Source: Clostridia bacterium (GTDB lineage: Bacteria > Bacillota > Clostridia > Christensenellales > CAG-138). From it: DNA of 64,000 nucleotides. The stretch is from positions 1,186-65,185 of the forward strand of contig JAFSEB010000046.1 of the NCBI GenBank assembly GCA_017435905.1, in the 5' to 3' direction. The translations under genes were made by a program, and so were the position numbers. This document shows positions 49,820 through 59,584 of the stretch, piece by piece; position 1 is the first letter of the stretch; each line of letters starts with the position of its first letter. Below the pieces are notes generated by a model that worked only from the letters and a program-made list of their open reading frames with translations, was not told the DNA's origin and did no database searches.

Positions 49820-51508
49820 TTATACGTGGTTCTTCGGATCGGCGGCGTCAGAGAAGGCGTTACCGACCAGATAGAAGCAGATGGTGATGACGGACAGGAT
49901 GACCGCCGGGATGATCAGCTGATAACGAAGGGTGGGTGCCATCATGAGGGCACGGCCCTTGTTAACAAGGTTGCCGAGGGACGGGATGTTGATCGGCAGA
50001 CCAAGGCCGATGTAAGCCATGAACACTTCGCTGCCGATGGCGCCGGGAATGGCAAGAGCCATGCGGAGCATAACGACGGATACCATGTGGGGCAGCAGGT
50101 TCTTCATGATCACGCGGCGGGTCGGAGTACCGAGGCAGCGGGATGCAAGGTTGAAGTCACGGTCACGGATGATGATGACCTGGTTGCGGATGAAGCGGGC
50201 AAGGCCGATCCAGCCGGTGATGCACATTGCGATGATCAGCGTGATGACGCTCGGACGCATGATGTAGGTCGCAAGGATCAGGATGATGGTGCTGGGGATG
50301 TTGTTGATGATGTTGTAGATCTCGGTGAAGATGAAGTCCAGCTTGCGGACATAACCCCAAAGGAGACCGGCAAGAATACCGACAACAGCCTCAACAAGGG
50401 CAACCACGATACCGATAAGCAGGGAGGTACGGGTACCGCTCCACATACGGGACCAGAGGTCCTGACCGATATCGTTGGTACCGAACCAGAAGATCTCGTT
50501 GGGACGCTGGTTCTCAACGAAGCCCACCTGCGGTACGATCTCCATGGGATCGCCAACCTTGGCGATACCGTCGTTCTTGGTCTTCAGGGAGCCATCCTCA
50601 GAGGTGATCACAAGACGCATCTGCTCCACGGGAACGAAGGCGTAGTACCAGCCGGCGTTCGCAGGGTCTGCGGTGAGTTCAAGCTCTTTCTCTTCGCTGC
50701 CGCGGAGCATGCCGGCGGCAACAACATTGGGCTTGCCCCAGCTTTCGGGCAGGAAGAAGTAGGTAAGGATGTGGCCTTCGGGCACATCGGCAACAATCTC
50801 GCCGACAGTCTGCTTTACGCTGCGGGAGTAAACGCCGCCGGTGGGTTCATCGAAGGTCACCCAAACAGCCTGATGGTAGGTGGTCTCAACGCCGTCGGCG
50901 CTGGTCACATACATATGGGGCTGCTCTTCGGAAACAGCGGTATAGTACCATTCGGGGTTGGCAGGATCCTGATTTGCGGCAACCTCAACAGCTTCGCCGC
51001 CGGATTCCTGCACGAAGAACTTGGGGGTACCCCAGGTCTCGGGAACCTTGACGTAAGCGAGGGTCTCGCCCTCCTTGAGCTCCACGGCATAGTCTCCCTT
51101 GGTGTACTTTACGCCGGAGATAGTAGCGGTGCCGTCTTCGGTCACATCGATCCACACGGCGTGGGCATCGTAATAGTTGACCTGGTTGGCATCGAACTGG
51201 TTGGGGAGCAGGGGCTGGATGAAGGTAAATACCAACAGCACCAGCATGATAGTGAGCATTGCCACCGCCATCTTGTTCTTGAAGAACATGCGGAAAGTGC
51301 TGCGCCAGTAGGAATAGTTGGAGTAACCGATGCGCTCCGCTTCGGTCTCGTCATATTCCACGAAATCGAACATGTCGCTGTCAAGTGCTGCGATCTCTTC
51401 TGCGTTAAGATCGTCCTTCTCGCTGACAGCCAGCTCAGTAAGATTCTGCTCAACGCTCTCTTCCAGCTTGCGGCTGAGTTTTTCGTTCGGGGAGTATTTG
51501 CTGCTCAT
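49820..51508 (-). CDS. Opp/Dpp-family ABC permease (OppC-like) with a ~235-aa extracytoplasmic insertion made of two tandem repeats
   Basis: YSYWRSTFRMFF, TM1, insertion at residues ~100-335, then the conserved core (GTNDIGQDLWSRMW...EVFMAYIGLGLP). The ATG overlaps the upstream TGA (ATGA). Confidence 0.85.
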   Translation of the reverse strand: MSSKYSPNEKLSRKLEESVEQNLTELAVSEKDDLNAEEIAALDSDMFDFVEYDETEAERIGYSNYSYWRSTFRMFFKNKMAVAMLTIMLVLLVFTFIQPLLPNQFDANQVNYYDAHAVWIDVTEDGTATISGVKYTKGDYAVELKEGETLAYVKVPETWGTPKFFVQESGGEAVEVAANQDPANPEWYYTAVSEEQPHMYVTSADGVETTYHQAVWVTFDEPTGGVYSRSVKQTVGEIVADVPEGHILTYFFLPESWGKPNVVAAGMLRGSEEKELELTADPANAGWYYAFVPVEQMRLVITSEDGSLKTKNDGIAKVGDPMEIVPQVGFVENQRPNEIFWFGTNDIGQDLWSRMWSGTRTSLLIGIVVALVEAVVGILAGLLWGYVRKLDFIFTEIYNIINNIPSTIILILATYIMRPSVITLIIAMCITGWIGLARFIRNQVIIIRDRDFNLASRCLGTPTRRVIMKNLLPHMVSVVMLRMALAIPGAIGSEVFMAYIGLGLPINIPSLGNLVNKGRALMMAPTLRYQLIIPAVILSVITICFYLVGNAFSDAADPKNHV

Positions 51509-52446
51509 CTGGAGCCCTCCTTCTTTGCGAAGCTGATGCGCGGGTCAACAATGCCCATGAGGATGTCGCCCAGCAGCAGGCCGAGGATACTCATAGCCGC
51601 AAACAATACGACCAGCGCAAGCACCATGCTGTTGTCCTGGCGCTTGATAACGTCTACAAGGAGACCGCCCATGCCGGGGATGGAATAGAGGGACTCGGTG
51701 TAGATGGAACCGGAGATCGTCATCAGGACGCTGCCGGGGATCAGGTTCACCATGGGAACAACGGAGTTGCGGAACACGTGGCGGAACCAGATGGTGGTGT
51801 TGGGAACGCCCTTTGCACGGGCCAGCTTGATGTAGTCCTTGTTGGTCTCGTCGACCATGTAGCGGCGCAGCCACATGGCATAGCTGGAAATGGAGGGCAG
51901 CGCAAGGGAGGTAACGGGCAGGATGAGGGTGGTCCAGTCACCTTCCTGGTAGAGCATGTTCACACCCAGCAGGCTGGAGCCGTAAAGCTGGATGAAGATG
52001 AAGTAAACGGCGTTGGGAACGGCCTGGATGAACACGATGTAAGCGTTGCCCAGACGGTCGGCAAGACCGTTCTTTTTACGGGCCATCAATGCGCCAAGGC
52101 ACATGCCAAGCGGCAGGCTGACAGCCATGGAGATGAGACCGAGGCGCATGGAGACGCCGATCTTGGACTTCACGATCTCGGAAATGGGGTAGTTGACACG
52201 GTAACGGTAAGAAACACCAAGGTCACCCATGAGAAGGTTCTTGATGAAACGGCCAACCTGAATATACAGCGGATCCTTCAGACCCATATTGCGCAGGGCG
52301 GTATCGATCTGCACGCGGGACATCTTTTCATAGTTTTTGAAATAGCCCTCTTCCGGCATGAACTGCAGGAGCGCATAGATGATGGTGATGAGGATCACCA
52401 ACGTGAGCACCGAGCGCAGAAGTCGCTTCAAAGTATATTTCAGCAC
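51505..52446 (-). CDS. Opp/Dpp-family ABC permease (OppB-like), canonical length
   Basis: MLKYTLKRLLRSVLTL..., YIKLARAKGVP, VDPRI. GTG start with a GAAGGAGAAG RBS. Confidence 0.9.
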   Translation of the reverse strand: MLKYTLKRLLRSVLTLVILITIIYALLQFMPEEGYFKNYEKMSRVQIDTALRNMGLKDPLYIQVGRFIKNLLMGDLGVSYRYRVNYPISEIVKSKIGVSMRLGLISMAVSLPLGMCLGALMARKKNGLADRLGNAYIVFIQAVPNAVYFIFIQLYGSSLLGVNMLYQEGDWTTLILPVTSLALPSISSYAMWLRRYMVDETNKDYIKLARAKGVPNTTIWFRHVFRNSVVPMVNLIPGSVLMTISGSIYTESLYSIPGMGGLLVDVIKRQDNSMVLALVVLFAAMSILGLLLGDILMGIVDPRISFAKKEGSR

Positions 52447-52571
52447 TTTTGCTTCTCCTTCAATTTTCGATAAAAAAGACAGTAAAGATCAGTAAAACGA
52501 TAAGATTGATAAGCTCGAAAAAGGGCTCTACCCCGCAAAGACAGAGCAGAGCCGCTTCTTTTGAATGGTTT

Positions 52572-52591
52572 GGGGGGCGGTAAAGCCCCCC
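52572..52591. other. GC-rich stem-loop in the oppA2-oppB2 spacer
   Basis: GGGGGGC-ggtaaa-GCCCCCC. The T-run lies on the plus strand only, which is antisense to the operon. Confidence 0.5.
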
Positions 52592-52629
52592 TTTTTATAA
52601 GCAGCTTAGCTTATTGGAAAGTGTGTGGC

Positions 52630-54753
52630 TTATTCGGCAGCGCCGCCGTTGAGCCAAGCTTCATACTGGGCGTCGTACATATCCATGCTCATGGCAGTGG
52701 CATATACGTGCTGGCCCTTATAACGGCTGGTGGCCTGACCCATCATGGCGAACTGGCCTTCGAAGCCGTTGAGCTTGGTAGCCTGATAGGAACCGCCGGA
52801 GATGAACATCGGGACAACGATGGCGTGGTCAATGTAGAAGGCTTCGGCAGCGGCGAAGGCTTCGTAACGCTCATCGATATCGGTGACGCAGGTACGGGCG
52901 TGCTCGCAGAGAGCAAAGTACTCGTCGATCAGAGCGTGAGTTTCAGCAGACTTGGTATCCTTGAACACACGGTAGCCGGTGCTGTCGGGTACGAAGAAGT
53001 TGTAGCTCTGCTCAGGATCATGGAAGGGATCTGCCCAGGTCTCGGGATCCATGAAGTCGGCGCCCCAGTTGAGCTCCTGGATAGCATAGTTACCGTTGCG
53101 GCGGGTCTCGTTAAGGAAGCTGGTACCGGCATATTCAACGACGATGATATCGATGAAGTCGGCGCCGAGGAGGCCTTCAAGCTGCTGCTCGAGAACGACG
53201 GAGGCGTTGCCCCAGGCAGAGGTGGAGGGGTTGTAGTTGATGGGAGCCTGGATCGGGAAGACAGCGCCGGCAGCGGTCAGTTCTTCCACAGCCTTGGCCT
53301 TGTACTCAAGGGCAAGAGCCTCGTTGAAGGATTCGCCGGTGGTGTACTTGGCAAGCTCGCCGTACATGGTGAAGTCCTTACCGTTGTTGACGGAGAAGCC
53401 GGTGGGGGTCACGCAGTTGATCTTGTGGACCTCGGGATCGTCGCCGGGGTAACGGGCGGCAATGTAGTTGGTCCTGTCGATTGCGTGGAAGATGGTCTTA
53501 CGGAAGTTCTCGTTGTTAACGGCGATCACCCAGTTGTCGGGGTTGTAAGCTTCATCGAAGGTGGGTTCGAAGTTGAAGCCCATGAAGTAGGAGTAGTCAC
53601 CGGTAACACGGCTGGTGGAAACCATCTGGCTCTTTTCGGGATCGGCCAGCCATTCGGCGGCGATATCGGAGCTCAGGCCGGTACCGTCGATCTCACCGCG
53701 GAGGAAGAGCTCGGGGGAGATGGTGGCAGATTCGGTGTTGTAGGTCTGCTCGATGCGCTCGATGTAAACATGCTCGGCATCCCAGTTGTTCTCGTTCTTG
53801 GTGTAGATGCGCTTGGACTGGGGCTCAAAGGTGGAAAGGATGTAAGCGCCGTTGAACCACATGCTGTAGTTGTCCATACCGAAGTTTTTGCCAAGCTCCT
53901 CAAGGAGAGCAGCGGGGGCGGGCCAATAGGTACCGAACTGGAGAACGGTGAGGAAGTAAGGACGAACCTTTACGAGGTGATACTCGAGGGTGTAGTCGTC
54001 AACAGCAACAACGCCGACCTGGTCGGGGGTGACAACGGGAACTTCGACCCACTCGGTGTACTTCTCGGTGGCGTCGTCCCAGCTCCTGCCTTCCCAGATG
54101 ACGCCGTTTTCGTCGATGACAGCATCCTGATCCTTGCCGGACTCGGTGCCCTTTTCAACGGCGGCATTAGCATAAGCGGTGTAGTAGATGGACTCTTCAG
54201 CGTTTACGATCCAGCCTTCCATGAGGTAGGAGTTGGAGCACTCGGTGGTGGCGTCGCAAACATAGCGGGCAGCGGCTACGAAGTCATGCGCGGTAACGGG
54301 ATCCTTCTGGTTGCCGTCTGCATCGTACCAGTACTGGCCTTCACGGAGATGGAAGGTCCAGGTGAGGCCGTCGGGGCTGACTTCCCAGCTCTCGGCAGCG
54401 CTGGGAACGATGTTGCCGTAAGCGTCGTTCTCCACGAGGGAGTCAACGCAGTTTGCACCGACAACGAGTTCCGCAGTGGAACCGGAGTAGAGGTAGTTCA
54501 TGGTGTCGAGTTCGCCGGAGTACAGGGCACGGTAAACCTGCTCTTCAGCAAATTCGCGGCCGTCGGGGCCGGTGGTGGCTTCAGGCTCTTCGGAAGCTTC
54601 GGGGGCTTCGGAGGCCTCGGGGGCGGTGGAAGCTTCGGGAGCGGTGGAAGCTTCGGGTTCGGGAGCAACTCCAGGTTCGGTGTTGCCGCCGCAAGCAGCA
54701 AACACGCCCATGACCATCACGATGGCCATCAGGAGGGCAAGAAGTTTCTCCAT
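52630..54753 (-). CDS. Family-5 (Opp/Dpp-type) solute-binding lipoprotein, 707 aa
   Basis: MEKLLALLMAIVMVMGVFAAC(21)GG lipobox, APEPEASTAPEASTAPEASEAPEASEEPE linker, large SBP body. AAGAGGAGAG RBS before the ATG at 54753. Confidence 0.85.
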   Translation of the reverse strand: MEKLLALLMAIVMVMGVFAACGGNTEPGVAPEPEASTAPEASTAPEASEAPEASEEPEATTGPDGREFAEEQVYRALYSGELDTMNYLYSGSTAELVVGANCVDSLVENDAYGNIVPSAAESWEVSPDGLTWTFHLREGQYWYDADGNQKDPVTAHDFVAAARYVCDATTECSNSYLMEGWIVNAEESIYYTAYANAAVEKGTESGKDQDAVIDENGVIWEGRSWDDATEKYTEWVEVPVVTPDQVGVVAVDDYTLEYHLVKVRPYFLTVLQFGTYWPAPAALLEELGKNFGMDNYSMWFNGAYILSTFEPQSKRIYTKNENNWDAEHVYIERIEQTYNTESATISPELFLRGEIDGTGLSSDIAAEWLADPEKSQMVSTSRVTGDYSYFMGFNFEPTFDEAYNPDNWVIAVNNENFRKTIFHAIDRTNYIAARYPGDDPEVHKINCVTPTGFSVNNGKDFTMYGELAKYTTGESFNEALALEYKAKAVEELTAAGAVFPIQAPINYNPSTSAWGNASVVLEQQLEGLLGADFIDIIVVEYAGTSFLNETRRNGNYAIQELNWGADFMDPETWADPFHDPEQSYNFFVPDSTGYRVFKDTKSAETHALIDEYFALCEHARTCVTDIDERYEAFAAAEAFYIDHAIVVPMFISGGSYQATKLNGFEGQFAMMGQATSRYKGQHVYATAMSMDMYDAQYEAWLNGGAAE
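54568..54690 (-). repeat. Tandem coding repeats for the APEAS linker. Shares 23-24-nt identical stretches with the linker of the other SBP gene (11335-11465)
   Basis: Both loci contain TTCAGGCTCTTCGGAAGCTTCGGG and GGTGGAAGCTTCGGGAGCGGTGG (plus-strand reading). Confidence 0.75.
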
Positions 54754-54834
54754 GTTTGTTCTCTCCTCTTTTATTTTTTTCGCTGCCGTGGGGGACGGCA
54801 ACATAAAATGCACGCAATGGAATGCGCTTATTGT

Positions 54835-54863
54835 ATTTTATAATCTTACGGAAAATAATTCAA
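54835..54863 (-). promoter_or_regulatory. Candidate promoter of the Opp2 operon
   Basis: Minus strand reads TTGAAT (54863-54858), 17-nt spacer, TAAAAT (54840-54835). Confidence 0.5.
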
Positions 54864-54889
54864 CAGCTTTTCCGACATATGTTTATTAC

Positions 54890-54933
54890 AAAAAAGAAAT
54901 AAACGTGTATACAAAATACCTGTATACACGTTT
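54890..54933 (-). terminator. Rho-independent terminator after the DmpA-like gene
   Basis: Minus strand reads AAACGTGTATACA-ggtatttt-TGTATACACGTTT followed by ATTTCTTTTTT. Confidence 0.85.
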
Positions 54934-54953
54934 ACTTCATGTTTGTCTTTCCA

Positions 54954-56012
54954 TTACGGACATTTATGGCTGTTTTCAATATTCTGCATCCTTTCGGCCA
55001 GGGAAAGGCGCACATGGCCCGCTCTGCCCTTTGTGGTCTTCGCATGCAGCATGGAACTAATCACGGATTCCTCCACGCATTCGATCACCGCACGGAAGAT
55101 GACATCCATATCATCCTCGTAAAGGAGGCTGATGGTCTCCGCCTTGCCGCTGCCGTAATGGCTGAGCCTGTTGGCGGTGGTGAAGGCAAGGGCGATCTCG
55201 CCGCTGCCGTTGCCGCTGATGCTGCCCGTGCGGGCAAGACCGCTCTGGGCACGCTTTGCAGCCCTGCCAAGCTGCCTTGCGGAAAGGGGCGCATCCGTTG
55301 CGATGAGGATGATGACGCTGCCCTTATCCTGCTCCGCCTTGGCCTTTTCCGCCCGGTACATCCTTTCGCCCACCCTGTCGCCGCCGATGGCAAGATCCCT
55401 GAGGCTGCCGAAGTTGGTCAGAAGCAGCGTGCCGAGGGTGTATTTCTGCCCGTAAAGTTCAAACACACGGGAAGCGGAACCGATGCCGCCCTTGCAGGAA
55501 TAGCAGCTCATACCGGTGCCGGCGCCGACAGCGCCCTCTTCAAAGGTCTCCGCCGCCGCTTCGATGGCCTGACGGGCATGCTCTTTTGTGACATGCAGAC
55601 CGCGGATATCACTCAGATGGCCGTCGTTGCACTCCATGACAACGGAGTTCACAGTGCCGGTGGAAACGCCGATATCCTCGTTCTGCTCCAGCATATACTC
55701 CACGAGTGCCGTGGTCACCGTGCCGACGCTCAGCGTGTTGGTCAGAAGGATCGGCGTTTCAAGGGTGCCAAGCTCCTGCACCTGCAGAAGGCCGGCGCTC
55801 TTGCCGAAGCCGTTGATCACATGGGCTGCCGCCACGCATTTATCCTGAAACATGTTGCCGCCGTGGGGGATGACCGCCGTTACGCCGGTGTTGATCTCCT
55901 CGCCCTGCAGCGTCACATGACCCACGCGCACGCCGGGAACATCCGTGATCAGATTGCGCTCACCGGGTTCCATATAGCCGAATTTGTAACCGTACTTTTT
56001 CTCAACGCCCAT
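54954..56012 (-). CDS. DmpA/BapA-family (peptidase S58, P1) aminopeptidase
   Basis: GPGNLITDVPG-like NLITDVPGVRVGH, NTGVTAV, GAGTGMSCYSCKGGIGSASRV. AAGGAG RBS before the ATG at 56012. The ORF-track N-terminal extension was rejected. Confidence 0.8.
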   Translation of the reverse strand: MGVEKKYGYKFGYMEPGERNLITDVPGVRVGHVTLQGEEINTGVTAVIPHGGNMFQDKCVAAAHVINGFGKSAGLLQVQELGTLETPILLTNTLSVGTVTTALVEYMLEQNEDIGVSTGTVNSVVMECNDGHLSDIRGLHVTKEHARQAIEAAAETFEEGAVGAGTGMSCYSCKGGIGSASRVFELYGQKYTLGTLLLTNFGSLRDLAIGGDRVGERMYRAEKAKAEQDKGSVIILIATDAPLSARQLGRAAKRAQSGLARTGSISGNGSGEIALAFTTANRLSHYGSGKAETISLLYEDDMDVIFRAVIECVEESVISSMLHAKTTKGRAGHVRLSLAERMQNIENSHKCP

Positions 56013-56196
56013 GCATCCATCTCCTTGATATGAAAAAATAGATATATCCTGCGGCTGCTGTGCAGCCATGCTTTTCCATTTATTATCATAACCCGAACAT
56101 GGCGCTTTTGCAACACGGAACGTTTCGGGACATGATTCATATAAAAAAAGCCCGTCCTGCGCTGCGGCGGGAAGGGCGATTGTCTTATTCTGCCGG

Positions 56197-57132
56197 TCAT
56201 TTCTGTTTCGTGACCTCGTGGATGCCCACAAGGATCAGCACGGCGCCGATGAAGATGGCGACGGTGAGCGGCTCATCGAGGAAGATGACGCCGGCAAACA
56301 TGGAGCAGAGCGTTGAAAGCGAACCGAAGGAGGAATATTTGATCACGGTCATGCTCTTCACGGAATAGTTGACGAGCAGGTTTGCGCCGATGGAGCAGAA
56401 CACGCTGAGCACCAGCATGGGGATCAGGAACTGCGGATCTGCAAGGGGCGATACAAAGGCTTTGATGTCGAAGCCGTTGGAAACAAGCGCCATGATCACA
56501 TAGCCGACAGCGGAAGCCGCCAGCACGAAATAGCTGCGCTCGAAGGAGCTGAAGCTTTCCGCCGTTTTGCGGTTCACGGTCTTATAGGCACCGGAAACCA
56601 CGCAGGTGACGATCAGGCAGGCAAGGCCGATGGGCTGAATGATGCCGAGGGAGCTGCCCGAAAGCGTCATCACGATCACGCCGATCACGGGCAGGAAGCA
56701 GAACAGCACCTGCCGCCTTGAAGGGTATTCCTTCAGGAAGAGCAGCGCAAACAGGATGGACAGCACCGGCGATACCGCCAGCACCACGCCGGAAAACGTG
56801 GTGTTCGTATAGTAGACGCTGTAGCTTTCCGTGATGTAGTAGATCAGCTGCAGCACAACGAGCAGAATGGCAGGCCCCCACTGCTTGCCCTTAAAGGATA
56901 CATGTACCCTTTTTGTGAGCACGAGCACGGTCATGATCAGCGTCGCCACCAGGAAGCGCCACGCCAGCAGCACATCCGGATCCGCCACACGGATAGCCAT
57001 CCTTGTGAACAGCAGGCTGAAGCCCCAGATGATGTGCCCAAGGTAGGCGCACAGCATGGCAATGCGGTATTTTCTTTTTTCCGCTTTTTCGGTTTCCTGT
57101 TCCGAAAGCGCAGGGATATCTTTGGTCTCCAT
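56197..57132 (-). CDS. EamA/DMT-family transporter
   Basis: About 10 TM helices in two EamA-like halves. ATG at 57132 chosen. The start is uncertain. Confidence 0.75.
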   Translation of the reverse strand: METKDIPALSEQETEKAEKRKYRIAMLCAYLGHIIWGFSLLFTRMAIRVADPDVLLAWRFLVATLIMTVLVLTKRVHVSFKGKQWGPAILLVVLQLIYYITESYSVYYTNTTFSGVVLAVSPVLSILFALLFLKEYPSRRQVLFCFLPVIGVIVMTLSGSSLGIIQPIGLACLIVTCVVSGAYKTVNRKTAESFSSFERSYFVLAASAVGYVIMALVSNGFDIKAFVSPLADPQFLIPMLVLSVFCSIGANLLVNYSVKSMTVIKYSSFGSLSTLCSMFAGVIFLDEPLTVAIFIGAVLILVGIHEVTKQK

Positions 57133-57301
57133 GATAGCACGGTCCTTCCCTTTCAATATCCCCTACATTGTATTTCCACCGTGTATGATTGTAAAATTCC
57201 TTTTTATCAAAAATCTTATTTATATTTATCAATAACATAGATGGGCAGGATGTTTTTTTCGCCGTTCTTCGCCGGCTTGCCACACTTTTTTTGTATTATG
57301 C

Positions 57302-57333
57302 GAAAAACCGCCTGCCGGTCTCCCGGCAGGCGG
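57302..57333 (-). terminator. Terminator after the desulfoferrodoxin gene
   Basis: CCGCCTGCCGG-tctc-CCGGCAGGCGG followed on the minus strand by TTTTTCG. Confidence 0.8.
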
Positions 57334-57363
57334 TGCTGCATTTCTTTGTTTCTGTCCGTTTTG

Positions 57364-57747
57364 TTATTTGACTTCGCTCATCCACAGCCCGTGGAGATTG
57401 CAGTAAGCAAAGACCGCTTTGGGCTTCTCATCGCCAAGGTTGAACACTGCCTTGGGCGCTTCGCCGCTGACGAGTGCCCTGCGCAGTTCGCCTTTCTCCG
57501 TTTCCACGAACACCCACTCAATGTAGTGTTCCGGGATCATCGGATGATCCACCGCACCCACATTCACTTCAAGAACGCCGTTTTCGTACTTCACCACGGG
57601 AAGGTGCTTTTCGCCGCTCGCTTCCACTGTGTTGGGAACAAGCTCTTTCATCTTTTCGCCGCAGCAGAAGACGGGTACCTTTGAATCGTGGATCTTGGTG
57701 ATGATATTGCCGCAATGGCTGCAGATGTAGAATTTCGTTTTGATCAT
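57364..57747 (-). CDS. dfx: Desulfoferrodoxin (2Fe superoxide reductase)
   Basis: N-terminal desulforedoxin-like CSHCGN...FCCGEKM, then EKHLPV...HPM...C..H centre II motifs, 127 aa. Confidence 0.9.
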   Translation of the reverse strand: MIKTKFYICSHCGNIITKIHDSKVPVFCCGEKMKELVPNTVEASGEKHLPVVKYENGVLEVNVGAVDHPMIPEHYIEWVFVETEKGELRRALVSGEAPKAVFNLGDEKPKAVFAYCNLHGLWMSEVK

Positions 57748-57880
57748 GGTTTTTGTCTCCTTCCTTTTCCTTCAAGTCTCTTTATCTTTTTGTCATGCTC
57801 CTCTTTCCTTTGGGAGCCGTCTCTCTTTTGTTGTGCTTATGATAGCAGTTTTCCAACTGCGTTTCCGTGATAATGTCACA

Positions 57881-58627
57881 CTACGTTCTTGCCATGCCGT
57901 CCACGCTGAGCACCACGCCCGTGATATAGGAGGCTTCCTCCGATGCAAGGAACACGAAGGCGTTTGCCACATCCTCCGGCTTGCCGAGGCGGCGAAGGGG
58001 GATACGGGCGATCATCGGCTCGATGACCTCTTTGGGCACAGCCTTCATCATATCGGTCTCGGTGATGCCCGGGGCAACGGCGTTGACACGGATTCCCTTT
58101 GGGCCAAGCTCCCTTGCAAGGGACACCGTCAATCCGTTCACGGCGAATTTCGATGCCGGGTATGCAAAGCCGCTGGGCTGGCCGGAAATGCTCACCATGG
58201 AGGAGGTGGAAAGAATGACCCCTTCCCCCTTCGCCACCATGCATTCGCTGGCGGCACGGGTGGCGTTGAACACGCCCTTGACGTTCAGATCCATGACCCT
58301 GTCGAAGGTCTCCTCGGTGTATTCGGTGAAGGGCGTGCTTTCCGATATGCCGGCATTGTTCACAAGGATATCCACGCAGCCGTATTTCGCCGCCGTTTCC
58401 GCAAAGGCTTCCCGGACGGACTTCAGATTGGAAAGATCGGGGCTGATGCCCGCCACGGTGGCTTCCGGATACTTTTCCTGCAGCTTTGCCGCTGCGGCTT
58501 GTGCAGATTCCTTCGTGCTGGCGGTGAGGATGACGGTGGCACCCTCCTGCAGGAAGCGCTCTGCCGTTGCATAGCCGATGCCCCTGCTGCCGCCTGTGAT
58601 GATCGCTACTTTATCTTTTAACCTCAT
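57881..58627 (-). CDS. Short-chain dehydrogenase/reductase (FabG-like)
   Basis: TGGSRGIG, NNAG, YPASK. 248 aa. Confidence 0.85.
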   Translation of the reverse strand: MRLKDKVAIITGGSRGIGYATAERFLQEGATVILTASTKESAQAAAAKLQEKYPEATVAGISPDLSNLKSVREAFAETAAKYGCVDILVNNAGISESTPFTEYTEETFDRVMDLNVKGVFNATRAASECMVAKGEGVILSTSSMVSISGQPSGFAYPASKFAVNGLTVSLARELGPKGIRVNAVAPGITETDMMKAVPKEVIEPMIARIPLRRLGKPEDVANAFVFLASEEASYITGVVLSVDGMART

Positions 58628-58773
58628 ATCGGGTACCTCCGTTTGGCTGTTTTGTATTCTATGGTCATAGCATACCCGATTATTTCCCTTTCTTCCGTGA
58701 TGATGTTACGGAAAAAGTGCGAAAAACGACATAGCAGTTTTTCCTGCCGTGCCGAACGCACATTGCATTTACA

Positions 58774-59574
58774 TTACATAATAAACTGACCGCAGCGCAG
58801 CACTTCCATGAAATCATCGGACTCAAAGCGCACGGTGAGCGGATCGATGAGCCTGCAGCCCGGGTAGGCGGACATGCGTGCCGCCACCTTGTGCTCCTTG
58901 TAGGAGATCTCGAACACAAAGTGGTCGGGAAGCTCCGCAAGGGCATCGGAAAGATCCTGCCGGAGAGCTTCCTCCGCCGCAGCGCGGATCTTATCGCAGG
59001 CAACCTTCGGGTGCAGGCAGCGGATGGAACCGCCAAGACCGTCCTTCACAGCAACGGTCTTGAGTTTCGGGTGGATGCCCTGGCTGTCCTCGGTGAGCAT
59101 CTTATCGCCGGCGAGCATCACGGTGGGCACGCCCATCATGGCGCAGGCCCAGCTGTAAAGCAGGAACTCGCTGCACACCATGCCGTTGAGCCTGACGGAG
59201 GTGGACTGGGTGCTCTCCGTGTGGGAAAGGGGGTTGCCCTTGCGGCCGGCGGCACTGTGGTAGCCCACGAACATAGCGGCATCAAAGGTCTCATCGCAGC
59301 CGGAGGCCATGGAAAGAGGATCGCCCACCCAGTTGCGGATGAGCTTTGCGCACTCGGGCAGCTCGTTGATGTCGATGTTGATGCCGCTGCCGTGACCGTC
59401 CTTGATGAGGATCTCGGTGGCGCCGGCGGCAATGGCACCTTCGCAGGCAGCCTTGACCTCGGCGGTCATCTGCCTGCAGTGGGGCTTTGCCTGCGCATCG
59501 CTGAGGGTGCTGGTCTGGTTCCAGTATGTGGTCAGCGTGGTGCCTTCAATGTCGGCACTGATAAATACCTTCAT
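58774..59574 (-). CDS. M55-family D-aminopeptidase (B. subtilis DppA-like), copy 1
   Basis: MKVFISADIEGTT...DGHGSG...FVGYHSAAG..GNPLSHT. AAGGAGGAG RBS. Confidence 0.85.
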   Translation of the reverse strand: MKVFISADIEGTTLTTYWNQTSTLSDAQAKPHCRQMTAEVKAACEGAIAAGATEILIKDGHGSGINIDINELPECAKLIRNWVGDPLSMASGCDETFDAAMFVGYHSAAGRKGNPLSHTESTQSTSVRLNGMVCSEFLLYSWACAMMGVPTVMLAGDKMLTEDSQGIHPKLKTVAVKDGLGGSIRCLHPKVACDKIRAAAEEALRQDLSDALAELPDHFVFEISYKEHKVAARMSAYPGCRLIDPLTVRFESDDFMEVLRCGQFIM

Positions 59575-59584
59575 GGGCTCCTCC

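Noticed and set aside
52524-52553. Possible sense-strand terminator (GGCTCT...AGAGCC followed by CTTTTT) between oppA2 and oppB2.
   Set aside because: It has only a 6-bp stem with an 18-nt loop, which is too weak to call.
57866-57880. cGTGA-taatg-TCACa inverted repeat upstream of the desulfoferrodoxin gene, considered as a Crp/Fnr-type site.
   Set aside because: The half-sites are separated by 5 nt rather than the 6 nt of TGTGA-N6-TCACA. The repeat ends 1 nt before the SDR stop codon (57881-57883). There is a single occurrence and no support.
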